Source: an uncultured delta proteobacterium
GTDB taxonomy: Bacteria; Myxococcota_A; Polyangia; Polyangiales; Polyangiaceae
DNA length: 64,000 nucleotides
Direction: 5' to 3'
Assembly: GCA_963720145.1 (NCBI GenBank)
Contig: CAVREO010000015.1
Location: 50,055-114,054 of the forward strand
In this document: in pieces, positions 36,446 to 49,100 of the stretch
How the letters are laid out: each line of letters starts with the position of its first letter
Numbering within the stretch: the first letter of the stretch is position 1
Program-made: the position numbers and the translations under genes
The notes under the pieces: generated by a model
What the model saw: only the letters and a program-made list of their open reading frames with translations
What the model was told of the DNA's origin: nothing
The model's database searches: none

Positions 36446-37843
36446 TCAGCCCCGCTCTTCCTGCCGATCCTCCGCTCTTCCGATTTCACCCTCGCGCGTC
36501 TTGGCCAGCGGGGCGTCCAGGTCGCTGCGGCTCGCGATGTACTCCGCGAGCACGCTGCGGAGCAGCGGCGGCACGTTCACGAACTCGACCCCGAGCGCGC
36601 TGCGCCCGCGCGCCTCGCGGATCCAGCGCACGGACGCCTCGAGCTCGATCATCTCGCCGGTGCGCGGGCTCGCGAACCGCAACCTGAGCGGCGCGCCGAG
36701 CGGCAGCGCGATGGGCGCGACGACCAGCATGCCATCGGCGCTCATCTCTTCGCTGCGAGCCTCGGCCTCTTTTCCCTTCCGCGGCATCAACAGGACCGGC
36801 GTCACGAAGGGCACGCGCGAGACGCGCCGGTGGGACGTCGGAGGCGGACTCGGGCGATCTCCACTGCTGCGCGGCGGCTTCTTGCGAACGAGCCGCAGCG
36901 CGGCTTCGGGGGGGTCGTCGTCGTCGAGCGGCGCGCCGTCTTCACCCACCTCGGTCGACAGGAGCGTCGACGACTTCGGCGCAAAGCCGCTCGCGGCGAC
37001 CAGCGCGTGCCCAAGGTCGAACGCGCTCTGAAAGCGTGCGCCCGGGTCCTTCTCGAGCGCTGTCTCGATGACGCGCGCGAGCGGCGGGGGTACGTCCGGG
37101 CGTTTGTCGTGCACGCTCGGTGGGCCGTGAGCGTTGGAGACTTGCACGAGCACGTCGGGGTATGCGCCGGAGTAGGGCACCTCACCGGTCAGGCACTCGA
37201 AGAGCGACATGCCGATGGCGTAGACGTCGGTACGCGCGTCGGCGCCATGACCCCAGAGCTGCTCGGGGGCCATGTACTCGGGCGTTCCGAGGACCTCGCG
37301 CGCGTTCGTCAGCTTGGCTCCGAGGGGGGCGATGTCTTGCTCGCCGAGCGACGCGACGCCCAGATCGATGAGCTTGACCGCCTCGTCGCCCGTTTCGGTG
37401 CGCGAGACGAAGAGGTTGCTCGGCTTGACGTCGCGGTGGACGACGCCGCGCGCGTGGGCGAATGCGATGGCCGCGCAGATCTGGCGGCCGATCTGCACGC
37501 AGTCTTCGATCGACAGGCGCCGCCGGGCGGCGAGAATGCCGTCGAGCGTTCGCCCCTCGAGCATCTCGAGGATGACGTAAGGGCCGTGCGTCGAGCACAC
37601 GCCGGCGTCGAGCACTTCGACGAAGCCGGGGTGGCGCACCGTGGTCAGAGCATGCGCCTCGCGCAGCAGCCGCCCGCGCGCGACCTTCTTCGCGCGCAGC
37701 TCTTCGGAGAGCAGCTTCAGGGCGACCACGCGCCGCGTGAACTTGTGCTCCGCCTCGAAGACGAGACCCATGCCCCCGCGTGCGATGAGCCGCCGGAGCC
37801 CGTAGCGTGTGTCGACCGTTTCGCCGACGGGCGGCTCGTTCAT
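36446..37843 (-). CDS. Ser/Thr protein kinase fused to a C-terminal PilZ-like domain
   Basis: The kinase motifs are GRGGMG-like (ARGGMGLV), VALKLL, HRDVKPSNLF, DLGVAS and TPEYMAPEQ. The C-terminus has RRVSR (RxxxR) ..EEMSADGMLV ([D/N/E]xSxxG) ..VRWIRE..GVEFV. Confidence 0.85.
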   Translation of the reverse strand: MNEPPVGETVDTRYGLRRLIARGGMGLVFEAEHKFTRRVVALKLLSEELRAKKVARGRLLREAHALTTVRHPGFVEVLDAGVCSTHGPYVILEMLEGRTLDGILAARRRLSIEDCVQIGRQICAAIAFAHARGVVHRDVKPSNLFVSRTETGDEAVKLIDLGVASLGEQDIAPLGAKLTNAREVLGTPEYMAPEQLWGHGADARTDVYAIGMSLFECLTGEVPYSGAYPDVLVQVSNAHGPPSVHDKRPDVPPPLARVIETALEKDPGARFQSAFDLGHALVAASGFAPKSSTLLSTEVGEDGAPLDDDDPPEAALRLVRKKPPRSSGDRPSPPPTSHRRVSRVPFVTPVLLMPRKGKEAEARSEEMSADGMLVVAPIALPLGAPLRLRFASPRTGEMIELEASVRWIREARGRSALGVEFVNVPPLLRSVLAEYIASRSDLDAPLAKTREGEIGRAEDRQEERG

Positions 37844-37967
37844 CTAAGGCGGCAACCTATAGCACGGCACCGGAGCCACGCTCGTCGCCAGAACGGGCGA
37901 CAGGGCGCGGGTGGCTGCGCGTGCCGCCGTCGCGGCGCGGCCGGTAGCACGATAGCCTGGCGGCACG

Positions 37968-40697
<2,730 letters not shown>

Positions 40698-40789
40698 TTC
40701 GGCGAGTGTCACTCTTGATTCACGCGCGATTGCGGACAACATGAACCCGCTCGTTGCTGTGTTTCGAAGTGCTTCGAAGCGAGGAAGTC

Positions 40790-41944
40790 ATGAATGTTCG
40801 ACGCTCGATCGGGGTGCCTGCGGCACTCCTCACGCTGACCTTCGGGCTGGGCGCGCCGTCGGGCTGCGGAACCTCGCAGCCGACCATCCAGGGCGACGAC
40901 GGCGGGTCCACCAGCTCGTCGGGCAGCACCTCCGGCGGCAGCGGCTCGTCGGGAGGCAGCGGGGGCACGTCGTCGTCGGGGAGCACGTCGGGCGGCAGCT
41001 CGGGGAGCACGTCGTCGTCAGGCAGCACCTCGAGCGGCTCGTCGAGCGGCGGCTCGGGCAGCACATCGGGGAGCACGTCAGGCGGCTCCTCGGGCAGCAG
41101 CAGCGGCGGCCCGAAGTACCCGAGCTCCAACGGCACGGTGCCCACGGGCGCGGCGCTCGCCTGCCCGACGAGCCGGCAGCTCGCCTGGTATCTGAACGAC
41201 TTCACCGGCAACTGGGAAAACGCGATCAGCGCGAACGTCGCTTTCGGCCAGCCTCCCAAGGGCCCCACGACCAACTGGACGGCGGACACCGACGCGACGC
41301 ACGGGAGCACGCTCAAGGTCGACTACCCGGCGCACTCCAGCTCGAACAGCTGCTTCCAGGGCGGGGGCTGCTCGGTGTCCGGCGGCTTCGAATTCAAGGT
41401 GCCGCTCCCGAATGGGAGCACGGTCAACTCGGCGTACCTCTCGTACTGGCTCGAGTTCGATTCCGGCTGGAGCTGGGGGGCGGACTCGCTCGCGGCGGGC
41501 AAGCTGCCCGGCTTCTGCGGCGGCAACTGCCCCACGGGGGCCACGGTGGCGAACGGCATGGGGTACTCGGCGCGCTTCATGTGGCGCTCCGGCGGGGGCG
41601 AGGTGCTCGCGTACGCGATTTCGCCGACCGGCTCCGAGGGCGCCGACGTCCCGACCAACAACCCGCCGGGCGGCTGGTCGTACGCCAAGAGCGGCTGGCA
41701 GCACCTCGGCCTCGAGGTCGACATGAACACGGGCGCGAACAAGGATGGCGCGCTCAAGGTCTGGTACAACGCCGACCCGAACGGCCCGCCGACGTTCTCG
41801 AAGACCGGCATCGAGTGGTACAAGAGCTTCCCGGGCGGGGTCGGATGGTTCCAGTTCTCCACCTTCTTCGGCGGGAATTCGGCCGCCGACGGGCCGCCCA
41901 CGGACGTGACCGCGCACTTCGCGGATTTCCAGGTCTGCTACTGA
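40790..41944 (+). CDS. Lipoprotein with an SG-rich linker and a polysaccharide-lyase-like (PF14099/PL14-type) jelly-roll domain
   Basis: The start MNVRRSIGVPAALLTLTFGLGAPSGCG carries a lipobox and follows the RBS GAGGAAG. The linker is about 90 aa of S/G. The domain reads ..AAGKLPGFCGGNCPTGA..GYSARFMWRSGGGEVLAYAI..WQHLGLEV.. Confidence 0.7.
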   Translation: MNVRRSIGVPAALLTLTFGLGAPSGCGTSQPTIQGDDGGSTSSSGSTSGGSGSSGGSGGTSSSGSTSGGSSGSTSSSGSTSSGSSSGGSGSTSGSTSGGSSGSSSGGPKYPSSNGTVPTGAALACPTSRQLAWYLNDFTGNWENAISANVAFGQPPKGPTTNWTADTDATHGSTLKVDYPAHSSSNSCFQGGGCSVSGGFEFKVPLPNGSTVNSAYLSYWLEFDSGWSWGADSLAAGKLPGFCGGNCPTGATVANGMGYSARFMWRSGGGEVLAYAISPTGSEGADVPTNNPPGGWSYAKSGWQHLGLEVDMNTGANKDGALKVWYNADPNGPPTFSKTGIEWYKSFPGGVGWFQFSTFFGGNSAADGPPTDVTAHFADFQVCY

Positions 41945-41962
41945 GCGGGGCCGAGCGGCGAC

Positions 41963-43651
41963 TCAGGACACCACCGGGAGCGTGAACCGAAACGCGCTCC
42001 CCTTCCCCAGCGTGCTCTCGGCGGTCATCGTTCCCCCGTGGGATTCGACGATCCATTTGCAGATGCCGAGTCCCAGCCCGGTCCCCCGGCGATCGGTGCG
42101 ATTGTGCTGAAAGAACGGGTCGAAGACGCGCGGTAGCTCCTGCGGAGAGATCCCCGCGCCCGTGTCCCGGACCTCGAAGACGACCTGCGCATCTCCGCTG
42201 TGCACACCGGCCACGATCTCGCCGCGCGCTGGTGTGAACTTCAGGGCATTGCCCAGCAGGTTGGAGAGACACTGCAGGACGCGGCCGCGATCCGCGTACA
42301 CCTCCGGCAGCCCCGGCTCGATGTCGGCGCGGAGATGCACCGCCTGCGCGACGGCCTGAGGCCGCGCCTGCTCGACGGCGAAGGCGACGAGAGCTGCCGG
42401 AGCGCACCGCCGGGGGTCGGCCTCCAGGCGTCCGCGCCGGCTCCGGGTGAGGTCGAGCAGATTGGAGATGAGCCGGTCCATCAGCATCGCCGAGTCCTGA
42501 ATCGCCCGGAGGGCGGCTCCCATCGGCTCGTCGTCCGCCTGTGCGCGCGCGAGCCTGCGAAGGCCGAGGTTCGTGCGCAGGACGATCGAGCTCAGCGGGC
42601 CGCGCAGATCGTGGGCGACGACGCCGAGCACGTAATCGCGCTGCGCGATGCTCTGCTGCGCCGCCTGGTAAAGGCGTGCGTTGTCGATGTGCACCCCCGC
42701 CATGCGCCCGACCTCGCGCCCGAAGCGCAGGTGGCTCTCGGAATACGCCTCCTCCGTTCTCGCGCGCACCAGCGCCAGCACCGCCAGGATCCGCCCGCGC
42801 GCCGCCAGGGGTACGATCAAGACGGAACGAGGCGCGAGCCGGCGGAGCGTCGCCCGTTCGTCCTCGGTGCATGCCGCAGCGTCGATGTTCGCCCGCGAGA
42901 TCGACGGGAAGAGCCGCGCCTCTCCCGTGCGGGCGACCTCCGTCCGGATCGACAGACCGGGCTGCGACGGAGCGAGCCTACGCAGCGACTCGGCGACTTC
43001 GGCGTCCTGCGGCTGCGCGCAGGCCACCGTAAGACGTTTCAGCTCGCCGGCGTCCTGGACGAGGTCGATGACGGCGAAGTCGGCCAGCTCGCGTACCATG
43101 AGGTCGGCCATCGCCCGCAAGGCCCCCTCGGGATCCGTCAGGGAGGCGGAGAGCACGAGGTGCACGTCGTCCCAGAGGCGGCGATGGACCTCCCACGTGT
43201 GCCGGGCGGTTACGTCGCGTGTCACCTTCGCGAAGCCGGCGACCGTCCGGGCATCGTCGTACAGAGCCGTCACGGCCACTTCCGCGTAGAAACGAGTCCC
43301 GTCCTTGCGCAAGCCCCAGCCTTCGAAAACGGCGTGACCGCGCGAGGTTGCCTCCGCGAGCACGGCAGCCGGCAGCCCGCGCGCGACCGCGTCGGGAGGA
43401 TAGAAGAGGCTCGTCGGCCTGCCGACGACCTCGTCGGCACGCCAGCCCAGGATGCGCTCGGCTCCTCGGTTCCAGGAGCTCACCCGACCCCCGAGGTCGA
43501 CCGAGAAAATGGCGCAGTCCTCGACCGCGTCGACCAGAATGCGGAAGTGTTCGGCCGCGCTGCCGACGATGTCCCCGGTGGCGCGCGGTTCGGCCGCATG
43601 GCGCGCTCGTCGCGCCCGCACCGTCTTCACTCGGTCCGGAGCTATGGACAT
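41963..43651 (-). CDS. PAS-GAF-HisKA-HATPase sensor histidine kinase (cytoplasmic)
   Basis: The PAS region is FRILVDAVEDCAIFSVDLGGRVSSWNRGAERILGW and a GAF segment follows. The H-box is VVAHDLRGPLS, the N-box is LLGNALKFT, and the G-boxes are DTGAGI and GTGLGLGI. Confidence 0.85.
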   Translation of the reverse strand: MSIAPDRVKTVRARRARHAAEPRATGDIVGSAAEHFRILVDAVEDCAIFSVDLGGRVSSWNRGAERILGWRADEVVGRPTSLFYPPDAVARGLPAAVLAEATSRGHAVFEGWGLRKDGTRFYAEVAVTALYDDARTVAGFAKVTRDVTARHTWEVHRRLWDDVHLVLSASLTDPEGALRAMADLMVRELADFAVIDLVQDAGELKRLTVACAQPQDAEVAESLRRLAPSQPGLSIRTEVARTGEARLFPSISRANIDAAACTEDERATLRRLAPRSVLIVPLAARGRILAVLALVRARTEEAYSESHLRFGREVGRMAGVHIDNARLYQAAQQSIAQRDYVLGVVAHDLRGPLSSIVLRTNLGLRRLARAQADDEPMGAALRAIQDSAMLMDRLISNLLDLTRSRRGRLEADPRRCAPAALVAFAVEQARPQAVAQAVHLRADIEPGLPEVYADRGRVLQCLSNLLGNALKFTPARGEIVAGVHSGDAQVVFEVRDTGAGISPQELPRVFDPFFQHNRTDRRGTGLGLGICKWIVESHGGTMTAESTLGKGSAFRFTLPVVS

Positions 43652-43722
43652 GATCTCACCCGACGACAGGAACGACAGAACGTGCCGTGTTCGGTGTCAT
43701 CGGGTGCGAAAGCTGTCAAGGC

Positions 43723-44487
43723 CTAGTACCAGGCCGCCCCAAAGCTCAGCGTCAGCACCGTGGGGGCTCCGTCGAGAACGGGAAGGAGCAGGAACACGGC
43801 CACGCGCTTGCCTTCGTGCGCGCCGACGCCGCGGGTCGCGCCGAAGTCGAGCGTCAACTCGGTCCCGAGACAGCTCACCTCGAAGTCAGCCGGCGCGATC
43901 CACGGCTTGACGACCGTGAGCGTGGGCGCCCACGCCCAGCCGAGCACGACGCCTTCCCAGCTCGCGCCGCTGGGATTCCCGAGGCCCACCTCGGCGCCGA
44001 GAAGTAAGGGGACCTGCACGAGCAGCACGGAGGAGTCTTGGTACTGCACGTCGGAGCCGGTCCTCTCGACGTCCAGACACAACCTCTTGGACGGGTTCGC
44101 GGGGACCTTGGCATAAAGAAGGTTCGCGTCGAGGCCCGCGCCCAAGCGCAGACCCCACCACGACCACTCGGACGCATTCGAGCGGGCCCGCGCGTCCTGA
44201 TAAAACGCGCGCATTCCCAGACCCGCCCCCAGTCCCATTCCCACCCCCACTTCGCCGGCGTACGCCGCGGCGGGGGCTGCTCCGGTGCCGGTCGCGCACT
44301 TGCCCGCCACAGCGTCCCGGTGGCCGGGCAGCAGCACGCCGGTCAGCTCCTCGCGAAGCTCGTAACGAAGGGGGGCCTCGGCGAACGCCACGCGCGGCGC
44401 CAGACAGGCGGGCGCCGAGAGCAGAGCGATCGCCGGGAGCCGACATGGCCGGCGAGGCGACGGTCGCGAGACACGGCACGCCGTCAT
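43723..44487 (-). CDS. Putative outer-membrane beta-barrel protein (hypothetical)
   Basis: The signal peptide is MTACRVS..LLSAPACLAPRVAFA. Alternating Gly/aromatic beta-strand patterns follow, and the C-terminus is ..LSFGAAWY. The ATG overlaps the upstream stop (ATGA at 44484-44487). Confidence 0.65.
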   Translation of the reverse strand: MTACRVSRPSPRRPCRLPAIALLSAPACLAPRVAFAEAPLRYELREELTGVLLPGHRDAVAGKCATGTGAAPAAAYAGEVGVGMGLGAGLGMRAFYQDARARSNASEWSWWGLRLGAGLDANLLYAKVPANPSKRLCLDVERTGSDVQYQDSSVLLVQVPLLLGAEVGLGNPSGASWEGVVLGWAWAPTLTVVKPWIAPADFEVSCLGTELTLDFGATRGVGAHEGKRVAVFLLLPVLDGAPTVLTLSFGAAWY

Positions 44488-46091
44488 GGCGGTGGGCTCG
44501 GAAGCGCGGCGTCCCTCAGCTGCGGCGCGGGCAAGGGGAGCATCGCCGCCGCGTCGTAGGTGCTGACCTGGAGGCCCGCTTCGGGCGCCGCCGCTCCGGT
44601 CGCGAGGGGCGGCGGCGCGGTGCCCCCGTCCCATGGCGCGTCTCCGGGGCTCGTGAACGCGACACGAACGACGTCGCCCGCCTGGACCTCGATGTCGTCG
44701 AGGTCGTAGGCGCCGCCGTCCGTTCCGTACGCTATCTCCACGTACGCGGGGCCTTCGTTGCGCAGCCGCGTGATGGACCATCGCGCCTGGCCACTCGTGA
44801 GCATGGCCACGTCGCGCACCGCCGTGAGCCCGGCGCGCGCCTCGGCCTCGTAGGGGATGCGCAGCGTATCGTTCATGATCTTCGAGACCGTGGTGCCCGG
44901 ATCGGCAGGATCCGCGTTGGTCGCCACCTGGTAGATCTCCGGGCTCCGCTGACCGCCGTAGTCGATGGCGACCAGCGCGGTCTTCTGCAGAACCGACTGC
45001 ACGTCGAACGAAAAGGGCTTTCCCGCCTGGTTATCGAGCTCGTACACGCCCATCCGAATCAGGAGCCTGTCCCCGCTGAGGGCGAGCGCGCGCGCCTCGT
45101 CGAGGTTGAGCGTCGTCGTCTCGAAGACGACCGGGTCCGACTGCTCCCAGGGGGCGAGCGAGAAGGCTCCGAAGAAGAAGTACGGCGGTCCACCCTCGTC
45201 GATCGCGAGGTCCTCGATCGCCAGCACCGCGCCCGAGGGGTCGAGCAGCGTGGCTCCGAGGGTCAGGTTGGTCACCTTGAAGGCCACGTTGCTTCGGTTC
45301 TCGACGACGGCGGCGATCTTGAGGCGGGCGGAGACGGCGGTCAGCGTGGTGGAGCGCGCGACGCCTGCGGTACGGGTGAGGCTCGCGGTATCGTCTCGAG
45401 ATTGCGTGTCGGCGAGCGTCAGCGACGTGGTGAACGTCGTCGACGGGCTCACGGTCGTGGACACCGCGTTCGTCAGCGTGACGGTCGCCGGGACCGCGCT
45501 CGCGGCCGCCCCTTCGGCGCCAGCGTCCGCCGCGGCGTCGGTGGTCGCGTCGGCCCCGGCGTCCGCGGCCGCATCCGCGCCAGCCGGGCGCGCGACGGGG
45601 ATCGTCGTCGCGTTCGACCCGACCGGCTCGGTGAAGGACCTCGCGTTCATGACCGTCCTCGCGGTCGTCAGCGTGTCCGAGCGAGCGTTCGTCTGCGACT
45701 GGGTGGCGCTCGTCCCCAGGGTCGTCGCGTTCGTGACCGAGTTGTCCGCCGTGTCGGTGCCCGTCACGCTCTCCTCGGTATCTATCGTCAAGACCGGCGG
45801 GCCCACGAAGACCACGGCCAGCCGGGGCAGGTCGGCGATGAGCGGGTTGAAGTGGTAGGGATCGTCGGCGGGATCGAAGGCAAGCGTAACCGCCTCGTCG
45901 TAGTCGGAGAGGCCATCTCCGTCGGTGTCGGCGAGCAGGGGCGATGTCCCCGTGACGTTCAGCTCCTCCCTGTCGCTCAGTCCGTCGCCGTCGGTGTCGC
46001 GCTCAGGGTCCGGCGAGCACCCGAGATGCGGGAGTCCGGTGGCGAGTGCCAGGGGAATGGCAGCGAACAGCGCGAGGCAACGACGCCGCAC
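44484..46091 (-). CDS. Lipoprotein with thrombospondin type-3-like Ca-binding repeats (DTDGDGLSD x2) and a large uncharacterised C-terminal domain
   Basis: The start is GTG 46091 (VRRRCLALFAAIPLALATGLPHLGCS, lipobox). The repeats are DTDGDGLSDREE and DTDGDGLSDYDE. A Thr/Ser/Ala-rich region follows, and then a globular part that I do not recognise. Confidence 0.65.
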   Translation of the reverse strand: MRRRCLALFAAIPLALATGLPHLGCSPDPERDTDGDGLSDREELNVTGTSPLLADTDGDGLSDYDEAVTLAFDPADDPYHFNPLIADLPRLAVVFVGPPVLTIDTEESVTGTDTADNSVTNATTLGTSATQSQTNARSDTLTTARTVMNARSFTEPVGSNATTIPVARPAGADAAADAGADATTDAAADAGAEGAAASAVPATVTLTNAVSTTVSPSTTFTTSLTLADTQSRDDTASLTRTAGVARSTTLTAVSARLKIAAVVENRSNVAFKVTNLTLGATLLDPSGAVLAIEDLAIDEGGPPYFFFGAFSLAPWEQSDPVVFETTTLNLDEARALALSGDRLLIRMGVYELDNQAGKPFSFDVQSVLQKTALVAIDYGGQRSPEIYQVATNADPADPGTTVSKIMNDTLRIPYEAEARAGLTAVRDVAMLTSGQARWSITRLRNEGPAYVEIAYGTDGGAYDLDDIEVQAGDVVRVAFTSPGDAPWDGGTAPPPLATGAAAPEAGLQVSTYDAAAMLPLPAPQLRDAALPSPPP

Positions 46092-46129
46092 GGCATCGAG
46101 GGGAGCAAGCTTCGGTCCCGCGCTGCACC

Positions 46130-49100
46130 TCAGGAGAACGAGGGACGCAGGGGGAGCAGAACCGTGAACGTGGATCCCATGCCCGGCTCGCTCTCCACGC
46201 GAATGTGACCGCCGTGAGCCTCGGTCAACTGCCGCGCGATGTAGAGCCCGAGCCCGAGTCCGCCGTAATGAGTCGACGACACGCCTCGCTCGAAGCGCTC
46301 GAAGAGGCGCGGCAGTCGCGACGGGTCGATGCCAATCCCGTGGTCGGTCACGGCCACGAGGGCAAGGCCCTCCGCGCGCTCGATGCGGATCTCGACGGGG
46401 TGTCTCGCGCCGAATTTGTACGCATTGCCGAGCAGGGTGACGAACACCTGCTCGAGCCGTGCCGCGTCCCAGATTCCGACCGCAGGTACGGCGCACGCGA
46501 GGGACACGCGACACCCGGCCGCGGCCGACTCCCGCTCGAGACGCGCCATCGCACCGCGCACGACCGGCTCGAGGTCGACCTCCGTGCGCCGCAGCTCCAG
46601 CCGGCCCTGGCCGATGCGAACCGCGTCGAGCATTTCGGCCGCGAGCTGCTCCAGGCGCTCCGTCTTGCTGAGCACGAGCCCGAGGTTAGAGCCGAGCTGC
46701 TCCGCCGACAGGCCGCCTTTGGCGGACAACCTCTGCGTGGCCTGCACGGAGAGCCGGAGTGCAGTCAACGGGGTGCGAAGCTCGTGCGAGGCAAGCTGCA
46801 AGAACTCCTCCCTGAGGCGAACTGCCGCTTCGGCCTCGAGCCGAGCCTTGCGCTCTTGTTCGAGCAGAACCGCGTTCTCGAGAGAGATGGCCGCCTGAGC
46901 GGCCACGAGCTCCAGCGCGAGCAGACGGCGGCGCGTGAAGGCACCCGGAATCAGGTCGTTCTCCAGGTAAAGGACGGCGACCATCCCCGCTTGCCTTCGC
47001 ACCGGGAGCCCCAGGACGGACCTCGGATGGGCGCGCGTGAAGTACGGATCCTTCGCGAAGCGGCCCGCATCGGCGGACGCATCTTCGAGGAGAACGCGCT
47101 CGCCGGTGCGACGCACGAACTCGACGAGCGAAGCGGGCACCGACACGTCCCCCTCGCCTGCAGCGGACGGTGCCTCATCGTCGGCCTCGGCGGCAGCGGC
47201 GATCTCGGCCTCGCCCTCACGCCAGAGCACCAGACGGGCGCGCCGCGCGTTGCCCTCCTCGAGCACGACGCGCAAGAGGGTGGGCAGAAGCGCCTCCTTC
47301 GTCATGACTCCCGAGAATCGTCTGCGACGCCTTGATCACGGAGAGCAAGTCGAGTTGCTCGGCGGTCCACTCCACGGAAGCCGCAGACCCGCCAGGCGCC
47401 TGCTCGACGAGCTGGGGATACCGGCGCTCGAGCTGTTCGACCTTTCCGTGAGCATCCCAGCGGCGGTAGGCGTCGCGCGCGTCGCGCAGGTAGGCATCGG
47501 CGATCCGCAAGAAGCCCCGACCCCGCTGGAAATGCGCCGCCGCTTCTAAGGCGATGGCCTCGTCTTGCACAAAGCCGTTGTCGCGCGCGGCGCGGATCGC
47601 CTCCTCGTAGAGACGCTCGGCGTCGAGCTCGCGTCCTTCCACCCGCGCGATTTCGGCCGCGACGAGCGCGAACCTGTCGCTGAAGGTGGGCGGGTAGATC
47701 TCGGCCCACTCGCGGAGCTGGTCGCGGTGCGCCGCCAGCGATTCGCGAGACCGCGCTTGCTCTGCGGCAGGGAGGCTGCCGAGGGCCGCGGCCAAGGTCA
47801 GCGCGGTGAAGTAGTGGTAATCGGCCAGGTAGACGTTGGAAGGGAGGCCGCGGGCGAGCGGCGTGGCCCTCCGCAGGGCCGCGAGGGCGTGCTCGTAGTC
47901 CCCGCTCAGAAAGCGTGCCTTCATTTTGATGACCCAGTACCAGGCCACGAGCGGGGCCAGCCGACCCTCGGTCAGCTGGGCCTCGTAGGAGGCTTCGTCG
48001 AACCCGGGGCCGTCGAACGTGGAGAAGTGCGCTGTCCGCCCCTGCATGTTCGCGACGAACCGCAGGTGCGTCACGATCGCGTCCGAGGTGTCGCGGAACC
48101 CGGCCTTGCGCGTGAACTCCAGGTACTTCCGCGCCTCCGGCACCACGGCGTCGAGCGGATCGCCCCGGAACAGCATCGTGTGCACGACGACATTGGCGCT
48201 GTAGCAGGCCCGGCACAGATCCCCCGCTTCGACGGCCGCGTCGAACGCGGCGCGGGCCCAATCGATCAGCGTCGTGACGGATTCCGTCCACGACGCGGCC
48301 GTGTGCATCGCGAAATAGACGTGCGCCTTGAAGGCGGAATATCCGTGTTTCTCGACGAGCTCGCACCCGAGCCGCGCGAAGCGGGCTCCCTCCTCGTAAC
48401 GGTGGAGCATCGGTCCGAGGATGGTTCCGAAATAGGCATAGCCACCAGCGGCCGCTCCGGTCACGCCGTGCCTCATGCTCAGGCTCACCATCCGGCACTG
48501 GATGACGTAGACGAGGTGGAAGTCGCTGGAGAACGCCGCGGGCTGCACGGCGGCGAGCACCTCCATCGCCGCGCGCGCCTCGGGGTCCGTCGCGAGCGGC
48601 AGGTCGATCAGGCTCTCAATCGAATGGGCGCCCAGTTGCTCCCAGACGGCCTCGTATTCCGCCTGCACCTGGTCGTGAGTCGGATGCGCAGGGAGGTCGA
48701 TGCCGAAGAGGCGAAGGCAGGTGAGCGCGCTCTCGACCGCCTCGGCGTTCTCCGACCTGGTGGCGTGGAGGTCGATTTTCAGCAGATACACGCGGGCGAC
48801 TTCGACCTTCGAGCGGCATCGTGGCAAGAGCTCGGCGACGAGCCGGTCGGCCACGTCGAGGTGGCCCGTGAGGAACTCGCACGCCGCGCGCTCGAGGCCC
48901 AGGAAGAACGCGAGCTCGTGGCAGCTGCTCCGGCTGGCCTCGCCGAGCAGATCCATCCCGGCGGCGAAGTAAGCCAACGCTGACTCGTGCGCCGCACACG
49001 CCTTCGCTCGCCTCCCCGCACGCAGGTTCAGCGCGGCCACGGTCTCCCGCTCCTCCCGAACGGAGATCCGCGCCGCGCCACGGTCGAACTGATTGACGAT

